This document shows, one piece after another, positions 39,997 through 50,348 of a DNA stretch of 64,000 nt (position 1 is the first letter of the stretch; each line of letters begins with the position of its first letter). The stretch is from IMG/VR virus record IMGVR_UViG_3300006750_000004, positions 1 through 64,000 of that record. One strand, 5' to 3'. The notes under the pieces are model-generated. The model saw only the letters and a list, made by a program, of their open reading frames with translations, did not search any database and was not told where the DNA came from. A program made the position numbers and the translations under genes. The stretch comes from a virus.

Positions 39997-40213
39997 GGCT
40001 TGTCTGCAATAATTGTTGCAGAAGCGTTGGGAGGTAAGCCGCCAGTCGGCTTGGCTCTCCTAACTTCATGAAACATGTTATTGTAGATTCGCCTTCAGTG
40101 GCTGTGTCTGGGTCTAAGAGCAAGACGAGTGCCTCTTGATGCTCTCCCAGAAGTGCTCGAACTGATTCTGATGGCTGGTTAGCCTGTCCCTCCGTGGGTT
40201 TTTGATCTTTCAT
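39947..40213 (-). CDS. Hypothetical protein
   Basis: 88-aa ORF. Confidence 0.45.
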   Translation of the reverse strand: MKDQKPTEGQANQPSESVRALLGEHQEALVLLLDPDTATEGESTITCFMKLGEPSRLAAYLPTLLQQLLQTSRGKTSCNISTKTTTSP

Positions 40214-40369
40214 TGGAGGAACCCTCTAGTGTTATCATTGATCTCTTCTCCTACATCTATAATACGTTTGCTAGTATTCCCACCAACATGTCATATTAGA
40301 GGGTTGGTGTCCGTGAGAGGTTCTGATGTCATAGACAAAGCATACTCTATAGATCTTGACAGAAAGATT

Positions 40370-41152
40370 TCAACGTGTTCTAATTGGGCGTCGTGTCGGC
40401 GTACGTAGAGACCTTTGCGAATCGGGGAGAGTGCCCGCTTGGGCAGCTTCAAGCAATCTTGCTTGCCCCTGTTTTCTATTAGACCGCCGATTCATAATTG
40501 AATACATACAGCGGTGAATTGTCGTGGTGAGAAGGTTAAAAACGGGTGCTTTGCCCGGAATATACACAAGCTTTCCTTTAACAAGCTTGTTGGTAACTTG
40601 CAAAAGGGCCTCGTTGGCAAGATCCAACCGCTCTTCATCTGTAGGTTGCTTAAACTTCATTGCGATCCCTTGGCACATTTTATCGATGTCTCTCAACATC
40701 GCATGCCAGGACACCTCTTCTGGAACCTCTCGCACGTACCCGTTCACTTCGATATGTGGGAGTGTCACATGTTGATTCAACGGGTTCTCCAAATTATGCA
40801 CCCACGAATCCGAAAGGAGATGCAACTCACTGACCAGGGATTCTATTTCGATCGGTTTATGATGACCATCAATGAACACAGTCCCCGAAGATTGCGGAAC
40901 ACCACTATAACTGCTCAAGTATACTGGATGCCCCAAAGCAATGCAATGGGCTCTTGTCGGATACGACGGGTCCAAAAGCGGTATCCCACGACGACAAATC
41001 TCTGTGTCGTCATCCCGTCTAACGGTGCCAATCACCTTTGTCCACAGCACCCCCGCCTTCCGGAAAGCCTCCAGTGTTGGTACGGACGAAGACAGCAACC
41101 AGTTAAACCAGTTCTGTTCCAAAATCTTGGTGTCGCAATATTGACTCATCAT
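40370..41152 (-). CDS. Sigma-factor-like protein (region 2 only; gp55-like)
   Basis: IAMKF...RLDLANEALLQV...YIPGKAPVFNLLTTTIHRCMYSIM resembles sigma regions 2.2-2.4. Confidence 0.5.
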   Translation of the reverse strand: MMSQYCDTKILEQNWFNWLLSSSVPTLEAFRKAGVLWTKVIGTVRRDDDTEICRRGIPLLDPSYPTRAHCIALGHPVYLSSYSGVPQSSGTVFIDGHHKPIEIESLVSELHLLSDSWVHNLENPLNQHVTLPHIEVNGYVREVPEEVSWHAMLRDIDKMCQGIAMKFKQPTDEERLDLANEALLQVTNKLVKGKLVYIPGKAPVFNLLTTTIHRCMYSIMNRRSNRKQGQARLLEAAQAGTLPDSQRSLRTPTRRPIRTR

Positions 41153-41277
41153 ATCCCTTTTGTAACAAGATTACCGGATGGTTCTCCCCACAATACGGAT
41201 CTATCAGTGGGGCGTTCCAATAACTATCATGACAAGTGCAACGTTTCAAGGACGTTTTATCCCAATCGGAGGAATTC

Positions 41278-42591
41278 ATGGCACTCGTACGCCAAATGCC
41301 GGAACTTTATCTTAGAGGTTCACTCGCAAATGTGACCATGGTCAACCTGACACCTGACGAAAAGCAACACGTCGAGTTTATTGTTGATTACGTCGCCAAG
41401 CACCCAGGAATGTCACGGCACCGAGCCGGGATTATGGAAGAGCTTGGAAACACGATTGGAGGCGACTACGCCAGCGACAAACGCTGCGGAGAAGCCGAAT
41501 TCCAAATCGCCATCTGGAAGGCCACGGTGGAACTCTACCACCACCGACAATATACCTTCTGCTGCAAAGCCTGTGGTTCCAACTCCTGGATCACTCAACA
41601 AGGCATCTCCCGCCAAATCAATCGCCAAAAATTAGATTGCCCCAACTGTAAACAAGTCCGCGTCACCGACCCAGGTGACACCAACCTCGTGAAGAACACA
41701 TACGTTCCCTTCACAGTCTTCCAGAACAGTTACAAATATTTCACCCCTGTCCAAACAGCTCCTAAATGTGAATCACCAATCTATTATATTCCAGGAGTTA
41801 AGAAATACTTAGACCCCGACAAAATCATCAATTGCGACACGCAGCTAGTCAAATTCTTCGGAGAATTTGTCTGGAATTACTTCCGGCAACAACTCGCAGA
41901 AAACGGCCGCAAAGAACACCGTAAAGAGCCCCAAAAAATCTGTGGACGGGCCGACGAAATTATCACGGAAGAGCTGTTATCGCTCTGTCAACGGCTCAAA
42001 ATTGATTATAATCACAGCACAAGAGACCAACCGTCTAATGGTTATTACTCCATCGCCGTTGTTGGTTTACTCACACCACCTGAATTCACAGCAGAGTTCG
42101 CTGTATTACGACAAAAAGCAAAAAATCACTCAGTTGAGATTAATTGCACGCCGTCCGAGATTCGGGTCATCGAAAATTCCGACGCTGGAGAATTAGAAGC
42201 ATACGTCTCAAAGCCGGAACACGTCCTGATTCTCGATAACCACACCAAGAGCGGAGATGATGAGGGAAGCGATTTCACAATCAGCCAACTCTCGTTTCGC
42301 ACTATCGGAGCACAAAAGATGGATCAAGACGACCACGTCGCAACAATCGACGCAACAGACGTAATGATTGCAGTACGAGAATCACTCCCAGAAGGCGATT
42401 GCCAAAGTATCTTCGATATCCAGTGCGGACTCGGAGACATCTACAACGAATTCTCCAACGAATATGGCGATGACCGGCCACGAAAAAACCATATTTCCAA
42501 ATTCCTCGGAATTACGGTACGATCGGTCACCATCTATATGGAGAATATTAGGACCGTCTGCCTAGCCCACGGATTAGTACCACAGAATTAG
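41278..42591 (+). CDS. Sigma-70-like protein with inserted Zn ribbon and C-terminal HTH
   Basis: EFQIAIWKA, CKAC...CPNC, FGEFVWNYFRQ, C-terminal ISKFLGITVRSV; GGAGG SD. Confidence 0.5.
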   Translation: MALVRQMPELYLRGSLANVTMVNLTPDEKQHVEFIVDYVAKHPGMSRHRAGIMEELGNTIGGDYASDKRCGEAEFQIAIWKATVELYHHRQYTFCCKACGSNSWITQQGISRQINRQKLDCPNCKQVRVTDPGDTNLVKNTYVPFTVFQNSYKYFTPVQTAPKCESPIYYIPGVKKYLDPDKIINCDTQLVKFFGEFVWNYFRQQLAENGRKEHRKEPQKICGRADEIITEELLSLCQRLKIDYNHSTRDQPSNGYYSIAVVGLLTPPEFTAEFAVLRQKAKNHSVEINCTPSEIRVIENSDAGELEAYVSKPEHVLILDNHTKSGDDEGSDFTISQLSFRTIGAQKMDQDDHVATIDATDVMIAVRESLPEGDCQSIFDIQCGLGDIYNEFSNEYGDDRPRKNHISKFLGITVRSVTIYMENIRTVCLAHGLVPQN

Positions 42592-43154
42592 GTACCATAT
42601 CCCGAGCGGTTGAATTGTTGCGGCATTCCACGGCCACCATAAGCCTGACCTGGCTCACCAATCGGGCGAGTCCCAGGAGCAAGATCGATATATCCAGCCT
42701 TATGATCACCCAACACTCGCGTAATAAACGCCACAATCCTGCGAGGAGTAGTCTGACGGCGAGCAGTGGACCCTAAAGTCTCTTCTGGCATAATAATACC
42801 AGTCTTGACCTGCCTTGCCAAATCCTGCAGATTATTGTGGTACGTTTCTCCCAGGTACATCCGTTGATTCCCTAGGATAAACATATTCCACCCAAGGACA
42901 GCCTTCCCAATCGACGTGTCGATCTCCTCAGCGTGGGGGACTACCTCAATCTTATTCGACAAAGCCGGGATGACCATCGGCAAATCCTGAATCAACCCAG
43001 GATACATCTGACGATCGAAACTCTCTACGAATCCCTTATCGACAAAATACTTAATCATCAAACGCCGAATAACCTCGGTGTTTGAGACCTTTTTCAACTT
43101 ATCAACTGTGCAGGAGTCCATAGGATATATTTGCTTTACCTGAACCAATTCCAA
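42588..43154 (-). CDS. Hypothetical protein
   Basis: 188-aa ORF. Confidence 0.6.
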   Translation of the reverse strand: MELVQVKQIYPMDSCTVDKLKKVSNTEVIRRLMIKYFVDKGFVESFDRQMYPGLIQDLPMVIPALSNKIEVVPHAEEIDTSIGKAVLGWNMFILGNQRMYLGETYHNNLQDLARQVKTGIIMPEETLGSTARRQTTPRRIVAFITRVLGDHKAGYIDLAPGTRPIGEPGQAYGGRGMPQQFNRSGYGT

Positions 43155-43192
43155 AGGCTAATATCCGTGATTGGTCAAGGCCCACCAAAAAT

Positions 43193-45019
43193 CTACACCA
43201 CTTCGGTAATCTGAGAAAACCGATTGGTCCGAGTGACCCGAAGTTCCTTAGGGAATGTATCATACATCAAGTTCCGGTGAGAGATAATTAGAATTGTCTT
43301 CACCTTGGGAGCCAGATCATTCTTGATGATGTTGATGAGCGAGTCAATGCCGTCATCATCAAGACGGCCATCCACCTCGTCCAGCACTAACATATTGCAC
43401 TGACGACCATACATTTGTTCATGAAAATCGAACATTGCCAACATAAACGCGACATCCGTTCTTTTTCTCTCACCGCCTGATTCGAATTCATATCCCCACA
43501 AATTACTGGTAATACCCAACGCGGGCGTCAATTCAATCTGGACATCAAGCCCGAACACGTCCAGATAATGACGTAGTCGACTATTGATAAATGGAACATG
43601 TTCCTGGAATACAAAACTCTTGATCTTAGTTCGATCATTGTATGCTTTATAAATATAAGCATAATGCCGATTCAAGAAGGTCTCTTGTTCAATGTCCTTC
43701 TCTAGTTTAGTGATATCCTCACCATGCTCCTCTACGGATTTCTTGGTTTCGGCAATAGTAACAGTATGTGGGTTCTTTTCTTTCTGGATTTTAGCGGCGT
43801 CGGCCTTAAATCGGGCCATGGCTTTATCGTGGCGTTCCCACGATGAATGGGTGTCCTTGGCGGCCCGTATGGTTGTCTTGGGCTTTTTATCAGCCAATTG
43901 ACCTTCAGCCAATTTAATGGTTTGGTGGGTTTTAGTGAGATCTTCCTGGTGCTTTGCGAGTTTGGTCTTCTCTTCCACCAATAATTTCTTAATCGGATCA
44001 ATCTTAGAGGCTGTGTGGGCTGTTGGTACTTCCTGTTCGCAGGCATTACATATCTTCCCTGCTTTAGCCCCCCAGGTTTTGATCTTCTTACTTAGTGATT
44101 CAACAGTTCCTTCAATAGTAGCAATTAGACGGGTTGTGACATTGAGTTTGGTCCGAAGTGAGCCGACGTATTCTTCGACTTTTTTAACCACGTCCCATTT
44201 GGCTTGTAATTTTTCCAGGTTTGGTCGCTCGATGGCGTCTCGTCTCTTTTTCTCGTCTATAGCGGTCTGGAGTGATTCAGTGACTCGACGGTCACGGTCT
44301 TTACCATAATTCTCGGATGCGGCGGTTAGACGTTCTATCTCTTGGTTGAGCCGCACGATATTTTGGTTGAGCGTATTAATCTGACCACGTTTAGTGTCGA
44401 TACTACTATCAAGTTGACCACACTTACCTTTAGCATTCTTGGCGTAATAGGCGAACCGGTCTACATGAAGCACTCTTTCAATCGCTTTTTTACGTGTTGA
44501 ATCAGCCATCTCCATCCACGGTTTACCGTATTGGTTGAAGAATATGGATCCACAGAATACTTCCCAATCCAGATTGAATTCTCGATTGAGCTGTTTTTGT
44601 TGATTCTTCTGAGTGGATAAAGTCTCACTCGTCAAAGTGATCTCATTGCCGTCTTTAACGAAGTGTAACTCATTGTGGCCGCCAGATTTTCTAGTCCTGG
44701 TTATAAAGTCGCCGTTGGTGAATTCTAGACGTGCTACACAGTCTTTACCGGTGAAATAATTGACTATTTTATCACCAGGACTGCTAGAGTGCATGGTCCG
44801 ACCAAAAAGGACCCATTGAATAGCATTAACTACCGTAGACTTTCCGGCACCATTGGATTTGGTGATTTGTAGATTGGCACTATTATCGTATAGTGACTTA
44901 TCACCATCCACCACCTCTCCGGTAATGAGGCATTGGCCTAGTTCGTCCAGGTTTAGTACCGTCTCGTAATCGCCATACGACATGAAATTCTGCCAGGCGA
45001 CTGTCTTCAGCTCAAGCAT
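43193..45019 (-). CDS. sbcC: SbcC/Rad50/gp46-like recombination ATPase
   Basis: NFMSYG, Walker A SNGAGKS, Zn-hook CNAC, coiled coils, signature ESGGE, Walker B LVLDE, ISH. Confidence 0.92.
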   Translation of the reverse strand: MLELKTVAWQNFMSYGDYETVLNLDELGQCLITGEVVDGDKSLYDNSANLQITKSNGAGKSTVVNAIQWVLFGRTMHSSSPGDKIVNYFTGKDCVARLEFTNGDFITRTRKSGGHNELHFVKDGNEITLTSETLSTQKNQQKQLNREFNLDWEVFCGSIFFNQYGKPWMEMADSTRKKAIERVLHVDRFAYYAKNAKGKCGQLDSSIDTKRGQINTLNQNIVRLNQEIERLTAASENYGKDRDRRVTESLQTAIDEKKRRDAIERPNLEKLQAKWDVVKKVEEYVGSLRTKLNVTTRLIATIEGTVESLSKKIKTWGAKAGKICNACEQEVPTAHTASKIDPIKKLLVEEKTKLAKHQEDLTKTHQTIKLAEGQLADKKPKTTIRAAKDTHSSWERHDKAMARFKADAAKIQKEKNPHTVTIAETKKSVEEHGEDITKLEKDIEQETFLNRHYAYIYKAYNDRTKIKSFVFQEHVPFINSRLRHYLDVFGLDVQIELTPALGITSNLWGYEFESGGERKRTDVAFMLAMFDFHEQMYGRQCNMLVLDEVDGRLDDDGIDSLINIIKNDLAPKVKTILIISHRNLMYDTFPKELRVTRTNRFSQITEVV

Positions 45020-45061
45020 AATCGCGTTCCCCAGGTATAGAAATATACCTTAAATACGCGA

Positions 45062-45535
45062 TTACTCGTCTGGATGAGCAATACTACCATACAACTCTTG
45101 CATAGTATCAGCAACCACCATGCTGTCGAATTGTTTCTGTTGTTCTATAGCCCATTCTGGAAAGATTGCTTGGCGATTATTTCCATGAATAGCGTAGATC
45201 CAACAGTCGTTATGTTTGGCAAGCCTAGAAAGAATGCCGATTATGGATTCTTTGGACCATTGATCGGGTTCAGATTGGTGGCAGATAATCGCCAGACCTA
45301 ACGGAGTGTTGTGGATATCAATGATACAACCAAGCTTGTCTGGTCGAAGCTCTTTTGGCACAGACTCATCAGATCTCCATTGACATTGGTAAGTCCGACA
45401 TTCTTTGGGTTTGCTTATGTGGATATCACATCCACCTTCGCACTGATGCTTACATCGTTGGTGAGGGTGTTTGACTAGTTCTTGAACACCGATTAGCATA
45501 CAACAGAGTTGGCAATCACCACATTCTCTAGCCAT
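45062..45535 (-). CDS. YkgJ-like cysteine-cluster protein
   Basis: CGDCQLCC...C.H...C.I...P.EC..Y.C.W...LRPD. Confidence 0.75.
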   Translation of the reverse strand: MARECGDCQLCCMLIGVQELVKHPHQRCKHQCEGGCDIHISKPKECRTYQCQWRSDESVPKELRPDKLGCIIDIHNTPLGLAIICHQSEPDQWSKESIIGILSRLAKHNDCWIYAIHGNNRQAIFPEWAIEQQKQFDSMVVADTMQELYGSIAHPDE

Positions 45536-45730
45536 TGAGTATACTCTCTATCCTTGCGAATAATTTCGGATAACCCGAAGAAGAGCTTCTACTGGTTCAA
45601 CTTCCTTAGTTAGAGTCCACCAAAACACACGCTCCTTGAAAATGACTCCAGACGCATGTCCGTTTTGTACTGAATTTGTTGGAAAAAGTGCAACCGACGA
45701 ACCAGGTATCAACCCATATATAAAATTGAG

Positions 45731-47551
45731 TCATTTGTTCTGGATAGCTTCCAAGAACCAATCTGGTAACATATTCTTCGCAACCTTGAGGAAACGATCG
45801 ATTGCTTCATCAAGAATAAAAGTGTCCGCGTAATCGTCGACACTACGGACACTACGGCCATAGGATTGAACCAATTTGAGAGCAGTTAGCCACTCATAAT
45901 ACTTTCGGTCGATCTCTACTCGCCGGGCCAATTGCTCATTATCAAAACAATTTGGATAAGGCACCTTACAGATAATCTGAAACCGGCTCAAATCACCAAC
46001 TAAATCAATCCCCTCATGCATCGCCGGAGCAATCAACACATTGCCCGGAGTTCTAGCATGATAGATCAACATGTCAGCCTTATCCCTGAAACTACGCTGA
46101 TGACAAAGTCGAGCTCTGGTAGTTGCATGACATTTGGTCAGAATATTGTCCATAATAGCGAAATTGTGAGTGTGAATAATACCCTTATCATTTGGATATT
46201 CAGCCACGATCTCATCTACACGACGCACCACCTTAGGCATCCACCCACCCATTTTCGCCTTGCCGCCAGTCATTTTGGCGACACGATCCAAATAAATTGG
46301 GCGATTCTTAGCTGGGAACCGGTTTTTCATTCGGAACGCAGCCACATCTTTCCGATCGATACCAAGCGATCGACACATCACACCAACATCCAACACCGTA
46401 GCACTCAACATCAGAATCTTATCTGCATATTGAAATAAGAGATCCTCTGGAAAATTCATCGCATACACCGGGCGTAATGTCACAGTCCGATGTGCCACAC
46501 CGCCCTTACCATCTGCCTTCTCCTCATATTCACAAACCCATTCAGCACCAGTTTTAGTGACATGGTTCATAAACATCTCATATTTCTTCAAAGTCCTAGA
46601 CAGTTCATCCACGACCTTGTTCTTTTCATCCACTTGAGCCTGTTTGATGATCTGGATTAGAGTCTGTTCAATCTTGGCGTCGCTGAAGAATAGAGCATAC
46701 GCATCAGCAGTCTCCAACTCCGGAATAAAAATCCCGTGATCCTGTAATTGCATATCGTTGATTGTCAACGAAACAAAATCCAACAAAATAGGCTCGACAT
46801 TATGACACTCGTCGATCACCATCAAATTACGCGGCGTGTTGAATCGTGGCGTGAGACTGGTCTGGAACAAGAAACTCGAAAAATTCATCACACATTTGCG
46901 GCCGTAGATCGCCTTAAAAACCTGCTCGTAATACGGACACGTGCTATAATCGTATCCTGGCGGCAGATGATCTAATTCACCAGGTGGAACAATAACTCGA
47001 GGAGGTGGTGCTGCCGAATCTTTATGTGCTTCAAAGCATTTATTGCATTTGTGTTTACGGATTTTCTTCTTACCTGGCTCCTGATTCCATTTGGTGCGAC
47101 AGAACCCATCTGCACAAGTACCATGATCCTTTTTGAAATTAGTAAGGTCTGATTGACTCCAAAGTTTTTTGTTGATATAATTCTGACCATACCTGTCCCA
47201 GAAAGTGCACGAATAAGCATTCCGGCCTTTCAACTCTACAATAGGATCATGATAGCCGGAATCCTCGCCAAAATCGCCTGTTAGCTGATCCTGCAGGATT
47301 TTAGTAATAGTGAGATAGTATGAATCCTTCACCATATCTGCGAGAGTCATGGCAACAGGCGACTTACCGCTGCCTGTGGGTGCCTCGATGATGACGATCT
47401 TTTTGCCGCTATTAAATGCGTTGGCGGCATATTCAATAGCGGATTTCTGTCCTTCCCGATATTCTTCCATCGGGAAATGATCGTCTATAGCATCCACATC
47501 GAAATGGACAGAGGGACGGAGCATTGGCTCCGTAGCGGTATCAATTGCCAT
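45731..47551 (-). CDS. DinG/XPD-like superfamily 2 helicase
   Basis: Q motif REGQ, APTGSGKS, KGRNAY.C, DECH, SAT, EGID, K.PYP, QSYGRSVRS..D, ILD. Confidence 0.9.
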   Translation of the reverse strand: MAIDTATEPMLRPSVHFDVDAIDDHFPMEEYREGQKSAIEYAANAFNSGKKIVIIEAPTGSGKSPVAMTLADMVKDSYYLTITKILQDQLTGDFGEDSGYHDPIVELKGRNAYSCTFWDRYGQNYINKKLWSQSDLTNFKKDHGTCADGFCRTKWNQEPGKKKIRKHKCNKCFEAHKDSAAPPPRVIVPPGELDHLPPGYDYSTCPYYEQVFKAIYGRKCVMNFSSFLFQTSLTPRFNTPRNLMVIDECHNVEPILLDFVSLTINDMQLQDHGIFIPELETADAYALFFSDAKIEQTLIQIIKQAQVDEKNKVVDELSRTLKKYEMFMNHVTKTGAEWVCEYEEKADGKGGVAHRTVTLRPVYAMNFPEDLLFQYADKILMLSATVLDVGVMCRSLGIDRKDVAAFRMKNRFPAKNRPIYLDRVAKMTGGKAKMGGWMPKVVRRVDEIVAEYPNDKGIIHTHNFAIMDNILTKCHATTRARLCHQRSFRDKADMLIYHARTPGNVLIAPAMHEGIDLVGDLSRFQIICKVPYPNCFDNEQLARRVEIDRKYYEWLTALKLVQSYGRSVRSVDDYADTFILDEAIDRFLKVAKNMLPDWFLEAIQNK

Positions 47552-47552
47552 A

Positions 47553-48131
47553 TCACTTTTTCTCGGCCAGGACTAAGCCGACGCTAATCGGCTTTGTGAG
47601 TGTTTGTAGTATTCGCCACCCCGTATGCTTTTCGAGATATGGGCGTAGCTTTACACATTTTTCTGCGACTACAATACGCTCGCCATCATTGTGTTCTATT
47701 CTGTCCCAGTCATGACAGGCAAACCATGACCCAGATGCCATTCTAGTTTCTAAGAGTTTGAAATCCGAAAGTGATAAGTCCGCATCATTTGGGCCATCAA
47801 AGAAAGCAAAGTCTGGATTCAAGGTTGGAATAACCTCTGTCGATGGTTTCAAGAGGCATGTAACATGTGGTCGCCAATGATCCGTATTGAATATTTTTTT
47901 GGCTTCTGTATAGAGTATTGGGTCTACTTCGCATGTGGTGAGATGGCCTCCCACATTCGCATCACGGATAGCATTAGCTATTTGCCAAGTTGAACCACCG
48001 CCCTTCCAAGTTCCAACTTCTAACACAACTTTGGGTTGGGATTTCTTGACCCATTCATACAGACTTTGCCGCTCTCGCGGCTTTAGTTGTCCTTGCATAT
48101 TTGGCCTATTTAGATCTTGTGACTTTACCAT
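47553..48131 (-). CDS. Class I SAM methyltransferase (Methyltransf_24-like)
   Basis: LEVGTWKGGGST, FFDG, HDW. Confidence 0.8.
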   Translation of the reverse strand: MVKSQDLNRPNMQGQLKPRERQSLYEWVKKSQPKVVLEVGTWKGGGSTWQIANAIRDANVGGHLTTCEVDPILYTEAKKIFNTDHWRPHVTCLLKPSTEVIPTLNPDFAFFDGPNDADLSLSDFKLLETRMASGSWFACHDWDRIEHNDGERIVVAEKCVKLRPYLEKHTGWRILQTLTKPISVGLVLAEKK

Positions 48132-48636
48132 GAATTGTTTCCGGTGCCACAGAAGCCTGAGCTATCTGTTTTGGTGTTGTGGAGTCCACTCCGGGCTGCA
48201 CCGCTGAGGTGATACCCTTTCTTCTTGGATCAGGTATTATTAAACTAGTTACGTTGGTGTCATGGGTAATAAATGTGCCCTGTGGACAAGACCATGCCAT
48301 TTGCCCAGCAATCCCGTTCCTTCTAGTAAAGAATTCTGGGATACCCAACCGCTCCCAACTCTCATAAGAAATCAAAGATGCCGGTCCATAAATAATGTCT
48401 CCATCCAACACCAACGAATCGGTGTGAAAGAATCCATTATTCCGTGTCCTGGTGAGATGGATCACCTTAATCTTCCAGTGGTGGACCACGACACATTTGT
48501 TATCTGCGAAGAAACACCCAGTCCAATTCTCGAAGATGAGTGGGACATTATGCTTTGCAAGATCATCCGCCTCACAGATTTGGACATGCTCATAAGATTG
48601 TCCATCACCAAGAGAAATAAGTTCAGCATTAAACAT
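48106..48636 (-). CDS. Hypothetical protein
   Basis: GGAGG SD, 176 aa. Confidence 0.6.
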   Translation of the reverse strand: MFNAELISLGDGQSYEHVQICEADDLAKHNVPLIFENWTGCFFADNKCVVVHHWKIKVIHLTRTRNNGFFHTDSLVLDGDIIYGPASLISYESWERLGIPEFFTRRNGIAGQMAWSCPQGTFITHDTNVTSLIIPDPRRKGITSAVQPGVDSTTPKQIAQASVAPETIHGKVTRSK

Positions 48637-48918
48637 GATAAATCCTCCGCAGTATTTTTAATGAGCAATAGCGTAACTAATGTCAAATCCCTCATTAATC
48701 CGATCCGGGAGGCTTACATTCTGTGTCCTTAAATAGGGCATCTTGAGTCTGGATAGAGCCAGGGGGCATGAAACCAGACGCAGGTTTCCTTTAGCAATAC
48801 CACGTTTGAGTTGGATGATGTTCCAGGTGCACCAAGTAATGGGAGCCTAGAGCTGTTCATGTATTGTCCGTAAATAAATGTTACAAATTCCAGAACCACT
48901 GTTAATAAAGACAAACAC

Positions 48919-50016
48919 ATGTCAAAAGTTGCAATTACCGCCGATGTTCATTTTGGCGTCACAGACAAGTTAATGGATACCCTATGGGCATGCAGAGTAA
49001 TGCGAGAATATTGTCAAGCAGCCAATATTGACACCGTACTCGTTCTCGGAGATCTCTACCACGATCGTACGTCAATCGGAATTGACGTACTCTCACATGT
49101 TGCAAAATTCTTCGAAGATACAAAAGAGAAATACAACCAAACCTGGATTGCCTTCCCAGGTAACCACGACATGTTCTTAAGACATTCGTGGGGTGTCAAT
49201 AGTCTGGACATCATGCGGCGGCACATGACTGTTATTGATGATGTTAAATTATTAACACTGGATGACCGCCGATTCTGGGTTCTACCCTTCATTACTTATG
49301 AGAAATCATTTATGAAGGTGCTTTATGAAATTGAAAAACAAGTGGAAGACGGGGATTGTCTTCTAACCCATATCGGGGTTAAAGGAGCATTGTATAATAC
49401 ATGTTTTCTACTCCAGGATTGGTCCGTCGTTAATTTCGAACGTACCCCATTCAAACGGATTTATACCGGGCACTTCCACAGCAAACAACAAATTGGAGAG
49501 AATTGTTGGTATCCAGGATCACCAATTCCCTTTAAATTCGACGAGGGAGATGTTGCTCATGGATTTTATGTATATGATCTAGAGGCGGATTCCCATAAAT
49601 TCATCAACATTTGGAAAGCTGGTGCTAAATTCTTCCCAGATGAGGTAGCACCACCTCAATTTCACACATTCTTAGATGAACTTCTGGAAGAAAAAACTGC
49701 GGCCGATGTGTCCAATAATATGATTCGCGTTGGTCTCCAGCGAGAATACACTATAGACGAGAAGCATAGTATACGTAAGTCGTTAATGGATAAGGGGGCC
49801 AGAGTCGTCCGCTGGTGGGATCTAATCACGAAAAAGGAAGAGAAATCCCAAATTACTAAGGGTATCGATTCATCTCAACACAACAGTCTATTTAATGCAT
49901 TCTTATCAGCAGACACCAAAGGAACGAAAGAGTTGAATCATGAGATACTTCTCAAAAGGCACTCAGAAGTGATCAACGAGGGTGATCACGAGTATACTAT
50001 AGAGGAATCAGAATAA
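48919..50016 (+). CDS. sbcD: SbcD/Mre11/gp47-like nuclease
   Basis: D.H, GDLYH, GNHD, TH, GHFH, YPGS. Confidence 0.9.
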   Translation: MSKVAITADVHFGVTDKLMDTLWACRVMREYCQAANIDTVLVLGDLYHDRTSIGIDVLSHVAKFFEDTKEKYNQTWIAFPGNHDMFLRHSWGVNSLDIMRRHMTVIDDVKLLTLDDRRFWVLPFITYEKSFMKVLYEIEKQVEDGDCLLTHIGVKGALYNTCFLLQDWSVVNFERTPFKRIYTGHFHSKQQIGENCWYPGSPIPFKFDEGDVAHGFYVYDLEADSHKFINIWKAGAKFFPDEVAPPQFHTFLDELLEEKTAADVSNNMIRVGLQREYTIDEKHSIRKSLMDKGARVVRWWDLITKKEEKSQITKGIDSSQHNSLFNAFLSADTKGTKELNHEILLKRHSEVINEGDHEYTIEESE

Positions 50017-50098
50017 GATTCAGAAGTATCAAATAACTCAAAAATACGATAGACATCCAAAAAGCAAGGAGGCTATAGATCAGACAAGGGGTCAAAAC

Positions 50099-50329
50099 AT
50101 GATCCAAAATATCATCAAACAGTTCGGGCGAGGTGAAATCACTCTCACAGAAATGTGGAAACAAATCGACAATATATTAGACATTCATAATTATCATAAG
50201 ACCTTTACAATTTCTTCTGAATTAGATGGTTCATTCACCAGAAGAAATCGCACACTAATTAGTGACACCCATATGGCATTGGCTCCTGATGACATGCCTG
50301 ACATGCCTGACATTTCTGCACAGACGTGA
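50099..50329 (+). CDS. Hypothetical protein
   Basis: 76 aa, AAGGGG SD; 9-bp repeats (DMP) at the C-terminus. Confidence 0.45.
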   Translation: MIQNIIKQFGRGEITLTEMWKQIDNILDIHNYHKTFTISSELDGSFTRRNRTLISDTHMALAPDDMPDMPDISAQT

Positions 50330-50348
50330 TCAGAGCCGAGACTTAAAC

